A DNA stretch of 64,000 nucleotides from an uncultured virus (IMG/VR IMGVR_UViG_3300006131_000009). Taxonomy: Duplodnaviria > Heunggongvirae > Uroviricota > Caudoviricetes. Where the stretch lies: IMG/VR virus record IMGVR_UViG_3300006131_000009; one strand, written 5' to 3'. Position numbers and translations under genes: made by a program. Below are positions 1 through 9,306 of the stretch, piece by piece. The stretch's first letter is position 1. The number at the start of each line of letters is the position of its first letter. The notes beneath the pieces were generated by a model. It saw only the letters and a list, made by a program, of their open reading frames with translations, was not told the DNA's origin and searched no databases.

Positions 1-27
1 TGTGTGAAGCAATCATTTGTTTTTGTA

Positions 28-396
28 CTAAGATACCGGGGGGGATACTGTCAGCGTGTGAAGTAGTTCCCTGTCAATCAGCCCTGCTTCTGCTTTCTTA
101 TGACATACATCGCATAATGTGATAAGATTACTGTTCTCATCTTTCAAGTCAGGAGCCTCTTTTATTGGCTCAATATGATGCACTGACAGACTCTTATATG
201 TGATATTGCCGCTCATTAAACAATATCTGCAAAGATAATAATCGCGCTCATAAATCTCATTTCTTTTTTTCTGCCACGCATATGTATTGCGATATTGGTC
301 CTGCTCTGTTTTGCGCTTATATACTGGCCGTTTCCCACAATCATACTTCTTGTCATGTATATGTCCACAATATGGACATGATTTAAGTCGTCCCAT
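28..396 (-). CDS. HNH endonuclease (packaging-associated)
   Basis: LCRYC...SVHHIEPI...NLITLCDVCHKKAE motif; position typical of cos-phage packaging HNH. Confidence 0.9.
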   Translation of the reverse strand: MGRLKSCPYCGHIHDKKYDCGKRPVYKRKTEQDQYRNTYAWQKKRNEIYERDYYLCRYCLMSGNITYKSLSVHHIEPIKEAPDLKDENSNLITLCDVCHKKAEAGLIDRELLHTLTVSPPVS

Positions 397-465
397 AATT
401 AATTCCCCAGTCCCACCCTCCAGCTTATCCTATACTGGCACTCCAAAGGAAAAGAGCTGTTACTT

Positions 466-906
466 TTAACAGCTCCCAAGTAATTTATTTAATCTTTCTT
501 TATTGTTTTCACGCACATGCTCTAAAGTTTCACCATAAATACCTTTGAATATTTCTTTGCGCGTTTTTGATGGGCCATTATCATCACAATACGCGTATGC
601 ATTAAATAAAGCCCATATTTTTCCAGTCGGAATCATATCGTAATCGCGTTCATATATGTCCCGCATTTTGACTCCATCAAAGAAAACATAATTATCAAGC
701 ATTTCTTCGGCCGTTTCAAAGGTTTTCTCATTCAAAGGCTTTCTGCCATTTGCAACATATTCTTCCAATGTTCCATAATCCTGAATACAGTAGCCTAACC
801 CATTATGATAGAGGTCATAAGAATGGCCTTCGTAAAAAATATTTCCGCCACAAGCTGCAAAATATTCAAAATCGTTAAAGTCGTCGTATCCTAAATATTT
901 ACTCAT
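466..906 (-). CDS. hypothetical acidic protein (possible immunity partner of 909-1304)
   Basis: 146-aa ORF starting 2 nt after the upstream stop. Confidence 0.6.
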   Translation of the reverse strand: MSKYLGYDDFNDFEYFAACGGNIFYEGHSYDLYHNGLGYCIQDYGTLEEYVANGRKPLNEKTFETAEEMLDNYVFFDGVKMRDIYERDYDMIPTGKIWALFNAYAYCDDNGPSKTRKEIFKGIYGETLEHVRENNKERLNKLLGSC

Positions 907-908
907 AC

Positions 909-1304
909 TTACCCACCATAGCTTGCCATCATAGCCAGCCGCCGCTCTTTAGTAGACGGATTGCGTGCCATCGTGCTCCTTGTCCGACCATTATACTCAT
1001 GTACATGGATTTGTCCTATTTGCCACATTTTCGTAACACCATTGTTTTTATGCGGATGGCCCCAGTCAATATCCTTCAATTTCATTCTTCCATCTTTCCC
1101 ACCGCCATAAACAGAAATTTGTATGACTTTCTCATTTTTTCTTTCTGCATACATAGTATGAGGCGTATTGGAAAATAGTGGTAACCCATTGCTTTGATTT
1201 ATATTTGAATCTAAAATTTTAATGCCGTTACTTGTAGTTCCACTCTGCTTATAAGTCTGAGTTATAAAACCACCATCAGCGTTATATTGCTTACTTCCAC
1301 CCAT
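909..1304 (-). CDS. putative polymorphic-toxin-like nuclease domain protein
   Basis: MGG start; KDIDWGHPH...IHVHEY His-rich motif; follows DUF4417-like gene. Confidence 0.5.
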   Translation of the reverse strand: MGGSKQYNADGGFITQTYKQSGTTSNGIKILDSNINQSNGLPLFSNTPHTMYAERKNEKVIQISVYGGGKDGRMKLKDIDWGHPHKNNGVTKMWQIGQIHVHEYNGRTRSTMARNPSTKERRLAMMASYGG

Positions 1305-1305
1305 T

Positions 1306-1950
1306 TCAAGCCCGCTTTCTCAACTGCTGGCAATACGTTTCAAAAAAGACAGTCCGACTGCACAGCGATTCTACTGTCGTATCAGGTTTGCCATACACGC
1401 ATAGGGCATAAGGATTCAATGTATTGCAAACATACTCCAACCCTTTCAGCATATCTCGCCGTCGCTCAACACTACTATAGCTGCCATATGTCCCCACAGC
1501 AATACTGCTGCCTTTTGGTACCCAGGACAAGCACCATCCCAAGCTCTCTCTATCGCTCCACTCCACTGTAGGAATTACAACAATTCCTTCTCGCTGCAGC
1601 CAACTGCAAAGAACTGCATTTCTCCAGCAATTATATATCTGCTGCACTTTAGGCATATAACTAAACATGGAAAAATCCGGCCCTAGTATTCCCCGAAACC
1701 GTTTCAAAATCGGCAAATACTTTCCTGGTGCGTTCCATACCCGTTCAAACTGATAATCATCTAAGAAAAAGTGTATCCATTTCTTGTCAGGTATTTTCTC
1801 TGTCATCGCCATATTAAATGGCAAAAGTTCTTCAGGTATCTCTAAACATTTAGTCACCTTTGGGAACCCAAAAAAGCCAACCAGTTCTGCAGAATCTATC
1901 AGCCTCTGTTTGTGAACATCGTGATGAATCGATTTATCAAATAATCTCAT
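1306..1950 (-). CDS. DUF4417-like protein
   Basis: IHFFLDDYQFERVWN, PDFSMF and IPTVEW motifs. Confidence 0.85.
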   Translation of the reverse strand: MRLFDKSIHHDVHKQRLIDSAELVGFFGFPKVTKCLEIPEELLPFNMAMTEKIPDKKWIHFFLDDYQFERVWNAPGKYLPILKRFRGILGPDFSMFSYMPKVQQIYNCWRNAVLCSWLQREGIVVIPTVEWSDRESLGWCLSWVPKGSSIAVGTYGSYSSVERRRDMLKGLEYVCNTLNPYALCVYGKPDTTVESLCSRTVFFETYCQQLRKRA

Positions 1951-1992
1951 AATATCATCTTATCACATCTTTTGGGCTCTTGTATGCAAACT

Positions 1993-2403
1993 TTAATCCA
2001 ATAAGCCATAATTTTTAGCTACCAAACGGATAAAATCTCCATGCCACTGACACGCTACACGCCAGGAACAAGGGATTGCCATAGCTGCTCCGTCTATTGT
2101 ATGACTTCGTCTCCACAGCACCATATCAATAACCGCTAGACGCTCTTTGCCGTTGGCATAGCCTTTTGTCGTCTCGATGGCGCATCTTACTGCCTCAAAT
2201 TCCCTTTGTTTTGTACTAGGCAACTCTCGGATAGAAATTACCTCCGTTCCCCGATCTGCGCCTCCTGTACGAGGTAGGCAGCTATAACGTGCTGTCACAC
2301 TCTGACTATGTAGATCTTCATATTCCATTTTCAATAGCGGATAGCGACGAATCATCCCTTTTACATATGGCCACCAATCATATCTGGGCTTACTCAATTG
2401 CAT
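1993..2403 (-). CDS. RinA/ArpU-like late transcriptional regulator
   Basis: KPRYDWWPYVKGMIRRYP N-terminus, C-terminal HTH-like segment, end of early operon. Confidence 0.6.
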   Translation of the reverse strand: MQLSKPRYDWWPYVKGMIRRYPLLKMEYEDLHSQSVTARYSCLPRTGGADRGTEVISIRELPSTKQREFEAVRCAIETTKGYANGKERLAVIDMVLWRRSHTIDGAAMAIPCSWRVACQWHGDFIRLVAKNYGLLD

Positions 2404-2800
2404 CGCTCCTTTTGTACTCTTCCGGCGGCAGTTTCCCAGTCATATGGATATAGCTTTTTAATTTGCCATAAGTGGCATATGGCGGACGATATTGCTTAGC
2501 CAAAGCAGCAAGCTCTACTAGCGAATAACCAATCTTTCTTGATTCCTTTTGTTTTGCATAGGCTTCACGTTCTTTAGCAGTCAGTGTGCGGCAAAAAGCG
2601 CAATACTTGAAACTACCACTCCCAGGTATGACAGGCCCCCCGCAAACCATACACCTTGCTATACGCTTTGACGCCAGCCTCATATTTTCTATCTTGCGTT
2701 GTCGATTTTTTGCTTTAGAACAATCTTCACAGTACCTTTTATTGGACCTTTGATAAGTAATCTCTTTCCCACACATTTCACACTGTTTTACTTTTACCAT
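2390..2800 (-). CDS. zinc-finger hypothetical phage protein
   Basis: Multiple CxxC pairs; C-terminus nearly identical to 37688-38098. Confidence 0.7.
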   Translation of the reverse strand: MVKVKQCEMCGKEITYQRSNKRYCEDCSKAKNRQRKIENMRLASKRIARCMVCGGPVIPGSGSFKYCAFCRTLTAKEREAYAKQKESRKIGYSLVELAALAKQYRPPYATYGKLKSYIHMTGKLPPEEYKRSDAIE

Positions 2801-3159
2801 GTTTTATCACATCCTTTGTGGCTTTTTATCTGTACCTTGTAAATCGTCTGATAAAGTTCGTCAGCCGCCTCTCGTGACCTTGTCTTCGCATATCGAGATG
2901 CAGCAGCCTCTACCTCTCGGAAAAAATTAGCTTGTAGTTTAGCAAGGTTAGAATTAAACTTCTCTCGCCGGAGTTGCTTTTTGTATTGTGCAACAATTTT
3001 TTTCTTTTCAGCTGCCGCCTGTTCTCGGTCGATATAGTCATTATGTAATTGCATATAAAGCCCGCGTAGCAGAATAAAGAACACCTGTTCATGTAAGGTT
3101 AATAAATCTGGCATTTTTTCACCGAGATATGCCTTTTGTTCTATCTCTCTTATATCCAT
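2794..3159 (-). CDS. hypothetical phage protein
   Basis: 121-aa ORF within the early operon. Confidence 0.7.
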   Translation of the reverse strand: MDIREIEQKAYLGEKMPDLLTLHEQVFFILLRGLYMQLHNDYIDREQAAAEKKKIVAQYKKQLRREKFNSNLAKLQANFFREVEAAASRYAKTRSREAADELYQTIYKVQIKSHKGCDKTW

Positions 3160-3164
3160 TCCGT

Positions 3165-3353
3165 TCTATCTCCCAGAACCAAGAAACCAAAAGAACCAAT
3201 ATTTCTTATATATATAATATCCCCCTATTTATACTATCTTTCTCTATTATTCTAGTTCCTTGGTTGACAAAGTAGAGTAAAGGTAGTAATACCAATGGTT
3301 TTAGGATGGAACCAATTTGGAACTATTTTGTGAACTGACTTTTCTTGGTTACA
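3165..3353. other. putative phage replication origin
   Basis: Non-coding AT-rich gap with repeated AACCAA/TTGGTT units in both orientations, directly downstream of the VapE gene. Confidence 0.5.
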
Positions 3354-3355
3354 TT

Positions 3356-4831
3356 TTAGTCCGGCAGCAGTTGATACTTAATATCTTCGTTTCTGTCTGA
3401 CCTGATCCACACTCTTTGCTTCCCATATTCTTTAGTCCATTTTGAGACTGGGTTTTTCTTCCAGCCCGCAAAGCCTTGCATTATCAGGGAAATTTCATTA
3501 CTGTCTTTTTTAGACGGTTTGGAAAATGGGTTATCCAAAGCGTTTTTCCAAAGCTCTAAAATGCAAATTGAATCACCTGCTTTTTCCTCCAGATAAGCCT
3601 GGATCATTCCAATTCGATAATCATCTTCTACAGATTTTTCTTGAATTTCTCTGATTTTTTGCAAAACTTTTTTATCGGCAAAAGGAGACAATTCATGCTT
3701 GTCATAGTGTGCTTTGGCCTCCGCCCAGCACTGCCGAATATCGCCTTGTATCTCTTCTTTGTGGTCGAATAATTCATAGCCGCTCTGATAGACTTGGACA
3801 GGATAAAATCTGCGGTTTCCTGTACGATCAGTCAGAAATTGCTCCCTATTGGTCGTGCCAATAAAAATGCACTGGCGCGGATAGTCACTGGTCCTTTTGT
3901 CATATGGCCTGCGGTAGTGGTCCACCTGCCGCGTCAAAAAACTCTTAACGGCTTCAACTTCCTTGGCTTTTGTTAGGGCTAATAACTCGCCCAGTTCGCA
4001 AATCCAGGCTCCCTCGACCGCTTCCATACCTTTCTGGCCTTCAATCTCATTGACTTCTGCAAAAAACTCGTCTCGCATAGCGAGCCATCTGACAAGCGTG
4101 CTTTTCCCCTCGCCCTGCTTGGTGCCAATCAGGACTGGAACATCATCGAATTTGCAACCCGGCTCAAAAAGTCTGAAAATACCGCCGGCAAAAATGAGTC
4201 TGCTGACCTCCCTGGTGTAGGGCGTATCTTCGCACTTCATCCACTTTGTCAGAAAAGTTTCGATTCTTGGTGTTCCGTCCCATTCCGTGCAATCGATAAG
4301 GTCGACTACTGGGTTGTATTCTCTCTCTCGAAAAAAAATCCGCAGCGCATCGTCGCATTTCTGGGTACTGTGAAAATGGTATGTACGCTCGATATATTCC
4401 CGGACAGCTGCATCGTCTGCGTCAGTCCATCGGACAATTTTTCCTCTGAAAGTCTTCTCCGGTGAGCAGGAAAGTGTATTAAATCGGACAGTATCAAACT
4501 TGGGGTCATTTCTTAATACAGAAAGGAAATTAGCAATTGTAGCTTTAGGAAGCCCCTCTTTGTTAAGTTCAAAAATAATCTTCTCTTTTTTTCGGGCATT
4601 CGTCCTAGCGTTCTCTTTTTGGAGCTTTGTATACTCTTTTTTATATGCCTTTAATATCTGCTTAAACTGCGGTAAGCAACCTAGCTTCTCTGCTCTTAAT
4701 TCTGCGCTCACTAGGATCCTCGCTTTGCTGATCTCATCTTCCAAGTCAAAAACGTCATCTAACCAGTCACTTTGAAGCAGCTGTTCGCGCTCCATGATGT
4801 CAATATTTGTTGCGCTGTAAATCGTACTCAC
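3356..4831 (-). CDS. VapE (virulence-associated E) family primase-associated helicase
   Basis: GTKQGEGKST Walker A; FIGTTN and DRTGNRRF motifs. Confidence 0.9.
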   Translation of the reverse strand: MSTIYSATNIDIMEREQLLQSDWLDDVFDLEDEISKARILVSAELRAEKLGCLPQFKQILKAYKKEYTKLQKENARTNARKKEKIIFELNKEGLPKATIANFLSVLRNDPKFDTVRFNTLSCSPEKTFRGKIVRWTDADDAAVREYIERTYHFHSTQKCDDALRIFFREREYNPVVDLIDCTEWDGTPRIETFLTKWMKCEDTPYTREVSRLIFAGGIFRLFEPGCKFDDVPVLIGTKQGEGKSTLVRWLAMRDEFFAEVNEIEGQKGMEAVEGAWICELGELLALTKAKEVEAVKSFLTRQVDHYRRPYDKRTSDYPRQCIFIGTTNREQFLTDRTGNRRFYPVQVYQSGYELFDHKEEIQGDIRQCWAEAKAHYDKHELSPFADKKVLQKIREIQEKSVEDDYRIGMIQAYLEEKAGDSICILELWKNALDNPFSKPSKKDSNEISLIMQGFAGWKKNPVSKWTKEYGKQRVWIRSDRNEDIKYQLLPD

Positions 4832-5384
4832 CCCGGTCTTTGTATTTACTTAATAAGGCATTAATCCTTGCATCTGCATCAAAAGTGATGATAGCGTCTG
4901 ATAAAAGGAATCTATCAAGCAGACGGTCCAGATAATCCATATCAAATATTGTTTCTTTTGTCGGCTTTTGCTGTTTCAGCCACCGATAATATTGCGTCAA
5001 TTTGTTATATTGTTGGCGAGAGTAGTCACGCTGGGCTTCTCTCTGCTGCAGGACTCTTTTCCTCTTTACAGCTTCTTGGGTTGCTGCTCGACGTTCTTTG
5101 AAGCTGTAAGTCTTGAATAATCCAAGGTCAAATGCGCTGTCCAGCTTTCTGCAAGCGTCCGCTGTCCCGCAGTGTTCTATTCCCATTACAAAGTCAATTA
5201 CACTGCCATGTGCTCCACAGCCAAAACAGTAAAAAGCATTGGTATCATCATAGAGTTTAAGGCTTGCCGTTTTTTCCGTGTGGAACGGGCATTGAATGAA
5301 CCCTGCCCGTCCCACCGAAAAGCCATAAAACTCTACTACCTGGCGCATTGTGACTCTTGCCTTAATTGTGTCAGCCATTCCCAT
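4800..5384 (-). CDS. CHC2 zinc-finger primase-like protein
   Basis: CPFHTEKTAS...FYCFGCG. Confidence 0.9.
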   Translation of the reverse strand: MGMADTIKARVTMRQVVEFYGFSVGRAGFIQCPFHTEKTASLKLYDDTNAFYCFGCGAHGSVIDFVMGIEHCGTADACRKLDSAFDLGLFKTYSFKERRAATQEAVKRKRVLQQREAQRDYSRQQYNKLTQYYRWLKQQKPTKETIFDMDYLDRLLDRFLLSDAIITFDADARINALLSKYKDRGEYDLQRNKY

Positions 5385-5883
5385 CTGGCAGCGCCTCCAG
5401 TGCTGTCTTTAATTCACGGTAAAGAACGTCATTGATCAGTTTTCCACTGGTTGATTCTTTACAGAAAAGGGCCTGACAGTTATACCGCGTCAGCCACGCG
5501 AGAATACTGGCGATAAGAGCCTGTGGAGTCATACGACTGCGATATTGTCCTGCATAGGCTTTCTCCCAGGAGGCGTTCTCCACGAGAAGATAGAGTTTTG
5601 CCCCCGCCTCTCTCGCCCGTTCAAACTCCCTCGTAAAGCGTGGCCGCCCTACGCCATAACAAAAGGCCAATTCTGAAAAGTCCATTTTACGTTCGATTGC
5701 AACCCTGCCGGAAAGGTCCAGCCGGTCGCATTTCACCGAATAGTCTCCAAACTCCAGCTTGCGCCGCTCATAAGGACAGCCAAATGACGCCAACCTTCTT
5801 TTCGACCTATCTGTTGGCTGTTCTCTGGTGTCTACCAAAATAGTCATTGTTTTGAGAGCAGCGTCCACATCAAAGTGATTCAT
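5371..5883 (-). CDS. ERCC4-domain nuclease
   Basis: VDTRE, GDY and IERK motifs. Confidence 0.9.
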   Translation of the reverse strand: MNHFDVDAALKTMTILVDTREQPTDRSKRRLASFGCPYERRKLEFGDYSVKCDRLDLSGRVAIERKMDFSELAFCYGVGRPRFTREFERAREAGAKLYLLVENASWEKAYAGQYRSRMTPQALIASILAWLTRYNCQALFCKESTSGKLINDVLYRELKTALEALPDGNG

Positions 5884-5886
5884 TTA

Positions 5887-6468
5887 TTAAAAAGGGCAGT
5901 CGTCATCGTCGGGCAATGGAGGAAAATCACTTTGCTTTTTTTTGTCGGGCAAAGGCTTGTCCTTGGGAATACTAAACTTTCCGGTGCGGATAGAATTGAC
6001 ATCTTTTAATGCGCTGCACTCTGTCGTCCAGCCGCTATTTCCATTAAACTCCCACTCTCTATTGCGGAATAGAACACCAATCAGCTTGTCCTCTAATTCC
6101 TTCTCATCCCAATCAAAGTGAAAACCCGGATTGCTTTCTTCCAGAGACCAAATGATGTTTCCCAGGGTCTTTCTGCTCCATTCGTCCTGCTGACTACCGT
6201 CATCTTTGGGAAGGTATGCACGGTAACAACCTTTCCAGCGTCTGTCCTCCTGAGTCTGACCATCCCAATCATTTTGGAAAAAATCCTTGTGTGATCCTTC
6301 CGCTACATCAAAATAAATAAGTAACCTGTCGCCATAGTTGTTTTCTTCTACAACGGCAGACTTGATTCTCGCTACGTAGCCGCCTGCTGGGAGGATTTCA
6401 CGGCCTTGCTTTGTCGGTTCAATTTTGATTCCTTTGTACTGTTTCATGTTGTTTTCTCCTTCTGTCAT
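5887..6468 (-). CDS. SSB-like phage protein (DUF669-like)
   Basis: LPAGGYVARI N-terminus; acidic DDDDCPF tail; adjacent to Sak4-like gene. Confidence 0.7.
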   Translation of the reverse strand: MTEGENNMKQYKGIKIEPTKQGREILPAGGYVARIKSAVVEENNYGDRLLIYFDVAEGSHKDFFQNDWDGQTQEDRRWKGCYRAYLPKDDGSQQDEWSRKTLGNIIWSLEESNPGFHFDWDEKELEDKLIGVLFRNREWEFNGNSGWTTECSALKDVNSIRTGKFSIPKDKPLPDKKKQSDFPPLPDDDDCPF

Positions 6469-7094
6469 TCATTGATGGTGGTCAGAGGTGCCAGACCCCA
6501 GTATTCCCTGATTGCTGCGTCCACTGTTTTTAAGTCATTTTCTATCAATGACTCTTCAAAAAGACCCATAGGTGTCTTTACTGTGTCTTGACCGTTGGTC
6601 TTCGTAGAAAAGAGATACTTTCCATCCTGCACCACGGTTTTTAGAACAATCGTAAACATTCCTTCCAGCGTGACTTTTTCATCCAGCAGCTTTCCAATCG
6701 TTTTGAATTTTTCATTTCCATTCTGGTCCGAATCCACATGGCCCATGAAATACACGATTTTGCCTTCAGGTAAATCAGCCGCCGTCCTAATCAGTGTCCA
6801 AAAATTAAGCGCAAGGTCATTAAATTTCTGATAACCAACCGTTTTTACACCTCGCATAAACTCGTTTGTCATTAGATAGGTAGCATCGTCAATGATGATG
6901 GCGTTCGTCTTGGCCTTTTGAATTGCTGCCAAGATTTTGGTATAGTCATCACAGTTGTATGTCTTGTGTTTATTCCTAAATGGCAGCGGCTTACCACTGA
7001 CGTTGATAATAGATACCTCACCCGGCTTGAAATTACGCAGACTTGTACTTTTCCCGGACCCGCTCTGTCCGTAAATCATAACTGGGATTGCCAT
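6465..7094 (-). CDS. Sak4-like AAA ATPase recombinase
   Basis: YGQSGSGKST Walker A, IIIDD Walker B, KTPMGLF; start taken at MAIPV. Confidence 0.85.
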   Translation of the reverse strand: MAIPVMIYGQSGSGKSTSLRNFKPGEVSIINVSGKPLPFRNKHKTYNCDDYTKILAAIQKAKTNAIIIDDATYLMTNEFMRGVKTVGYQKFNDLALNFWTLIRTAADLPEGKIVYFMGHVDSDQNGNEKFKTIGKLLDEKVTLEGMFTIVLKTVVQDGKYLFSTKTNGQDTVKTPMGLFEESLIENDLKTVDAAIREYWGLAPLTTINE

Positions 7095-7096
7095 TC

Positions 7097-7288
7097 TCAA
7101 TCCTCCTTTGCTTTCAACGGACACCATAGCCCCACTCCACGTCGGTCAAATATGTATTCGCCTGTTCGTCTGCATTGGTCACGGGCATATGTCTCTAACA
7201 AAGGGCAAAGGGCACACTTCACTTCTCCATCTGGGAAAAAAATAGAGACCGACGTCTCTTGGTATTCTAAAATTTTATCTCTGGGCAC
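7097..7288 (-). CDS. small Cys-rich phage protein
   Basis: CALCPLLETYARDQCRRTGEYI; homologue at 40027-40260. Confidence 0.7.
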   Translation of the reverse strand: MPRDKILEYQETSVSIFFPDGEVKCALCPLLETYARDQCRRTGEYIFDRRGVGLWCPLKAKED

Positions 7289-7766
7289 AAGTTACACCCC
7301 GCTCCTGCAGCCATTGTGAAAAATCATAGGTAGCCGCCTCGTCAGACATGATATATCTCACACATTTCTTGATGGTCGACAATTCACGTTTCAGCTTTTC
7401 TACAGCCGCTTGTTGGAGCATACCGCCCCGCAAAATTTCTTCAAGGCTATCGCTCATTCGTTCGATTTTGCCGTCATAAAACTCACTGTAGAAGCTACAG
7501 GAGAGGTGTCTGTCATGAACATAATCTGCTGTTGTTTCCGGTAAGGCTAATTCTGTCAAACACTTTTTGCAAAGACCCGAATAAAGGTTATCTTCTAAAA
7601 AATCATGTCCACACTTTCTACAACGCCCAGCAACTGCATATGCGGAATTACAAATCGGACAGCCTGACATTTTCTCATAAAGGCTATCTTCTAATCCATG
7701 TTGTTCTTCCCAAATCGCCTCTTCTCCATCTTCAAAGTGGTGGCCGCACTCAAGACATATGTACAT
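7275..7766 (-). CDS. zinc-ribbon hypothetical phage protein
   Basis: Four CxxC pairs. Confidence 0.7.
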   Translation of the reverse strand: MYICLECGHHFEDGEEAIWEEQHGLEDSLYEKMSGCPICNSAYAVAGRCRKCGHDFLEDNLYSGLCKKCLTELALPETTADYVHDRHLSCSFYSEFYDGKIERMSDSLEEILRGGMLQQAAVEKLKRELSTIKKCVRYIMSDEAATYDFSQWLQERGVTCAQR

Positions 7767-7779
7767 ATAGGGCCTCCTT

Positions 7780-8451
7780 TCAACCGTAACAGTAATAGGT
7801 CATCGTTCCTAGCGTTGCATCATAGTAGGTAGCGTAAATTGGTCCTTGAGCGACAGTTGATTGATACAATACACCATTTGGCAGAACACTTCCGTTCTCT
7901 AATAGCCATTTGGCATTCTCTCTAGTTCTTTCATCCGGCACGACTGTTTCCAGCCATCCGGAGATAGCCGGCGCATATTGTCCTGGTTGATAGATGACCT
8001 CTTGCAGTGTGTTCGGGAACAAATCAGATGCCACCCGGTTCAAGACCACAGATCCCACATACAGTTGTTGCTCATCCGGGATCCAACTGCATCCCATTTC
8101 ACAAGAGATGATACGGGCTAACAGGTCTATATCACTATCACTGATTGCCTCATCTTCCTCCATTGGTTCACTTGCAATTTGCGGTTCCTCTTCTAACTCT
8201 TCAGGCTGTGCCATATCTTCTTTTGTCTTTTCAGTTTCGTTTACTTGCTCTTCTTCAAAACTCATTTGCAAGTAATTGAATCCTCGTCTTGGCCGCAACA
8301 TTGTAAACACAGAAAACTCAATCCGCGCATTTTTTGACTGGTATGTACTATCCATTTTTGCAGACACCATACAGGTCGTCAGGAAAATCACTACAGCCAG
8401 TATGAGATAGATATAATCTCGTTTTCCTATGTACCGTTTCAGGTTTGTCAC
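7780..8451 (-). CDS. cell wall hydrolase (SleB/Hydrolase_2-like) with N-terminal anchor
   Basis: LLARIISCE...VGSVVLNRV...FPNTLQEVIYQPGQY. Confidence 0.85.
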   Translation of the reverse strand: MTNLKRYIGKRDYIYLILAVVIFLTTCMVSAKMDSTYQSKNARIEFSVFTMLRPRRGFNYLQMSFEEEQVNETEKTKEDMAQPEELEEEPQIASEPMEEDEAISDSDIDLLARIISCEMGCSWIPDEQQLYVGSVVLNRVASDLFPNTLQEVIYQPGQYAPAISGWLETVVPDERTRENAKWLLENGSVLPNGVLYQSTVAQGPIYATYYDATLGTMTYYCYG

Positions 8452-8744
8452 CTCTTATCTTTTTGTCCTTGCTCGTAGGCTTCGTTGCACATATCAACTA
8501 GTGCTTTCAACAGATTGTGAATCTGATATCGATTCGAGCTATCCATCTTCCCACTGGTTCGCGCTATACGCATCCCCTGCTCTAGTTGTATCGGATAGCC
8601 TGTTGTAACACCATTTTTGCCATCATCGTATGCTTGATTAATTCGATTGAGATAATTCCATATCTCACCTTTGTACTCCTGAAATGGGCCTACTAACTTC
8701 GGTAGAAGAGCATTGAGCAACTCCAAATCAATCGGGTATTTCAT
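8448..8744 (-). CDS. hypothetical phage protein
   Basis: ORF coupled to its neighbours. Confidence 0.6.
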   Translation of the reverse strand: MKYPIDLELLNALLPKLVGPFQEYKGEIWNYLNRINQAYDDGKNGVTTGYPIQLEQGMRIARTSGKMDSSNRYQIHNLLKALVDMCNEAYEQGQKDKR

Positions 8745-8987
8745 TTATGTAGTTCTCCTTTTTTCAGCTATAGTTTGGCGTATATGTATTGATACGTCAT
8801 TCATAATTCCTTGGACTCTATCGTGGCCAACTTGGCGTTCTCGTTCCGTATCTTTCTCCCGAGGTGGAGGCACTAACCTGACCGTGGAAGTCCCTTGTTT
8901 TCCGTAGTTTAGGGTAATCAGTTGAACCCCATCCGGTAGTATTGTTACAGTTTTTATCGGTATGACTTGTTCGTATTGTCTTCCCAT
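8745..8987 (-). CDS. hypothetical phage protein
   Basis: GGAGG RBS; coupled ORF. Confidence 0.6.
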   Translation of the reverse strand: MGRQYEQVIPIKTVTILPDGVQLITLNYGKQGTSTVRLVPPPREKDTERERQVGHDRVQGIMNDVSIHIRQTIAEKRRTT

Positions 8988-9034
8988 GTCAGGTCACCTC
9001 CCTTCATTTTATGCGACATATAGATGTCACTTTT

Positions 9035-9253
9035 CTATTCTTTAATCAAATCCTCAATAGAACACTCTAATACTTTGGCGATCGCTACACCCAGGGGTAA
9101 AGATGGTGACTTGCTGCCGCGCTCGATCTGACTCAACATAGACGATGTGACACCAATTCTTTCTGCCAGCTCCAACTGCATCATTCCTTTTTCTTCCCGG
9201 ATTTTACGAATGTTTGCTCCGATGCTCATTTTTTCAACTCCTTCTTTTGACAT
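9035..9253 (-). CDS. XRE/Cro-like HTH regulator
   Basis: IRKIREEKGMMQLELAERIGVTSSMLSQIERG. Confidence 0.9.
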   Translation of the reverse strand: MSKEGVEKMSIGANIRKIREEKGMMQLELAERIGVTSSMLSQIERGSKSPSLPLGVAIAKVLECSIEDLIKE

Positions 9254-9306
9254 ATCAATACAAACATGATAATGTGTATATAACTCGCAATGAAATCCAG
9301 AGGTGA

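Noticed and set aside
400..462. Possible structured RNA upstream of HNH
   Set aside because: Only short alternative CCAGT pairings; insufficient without comparative data.
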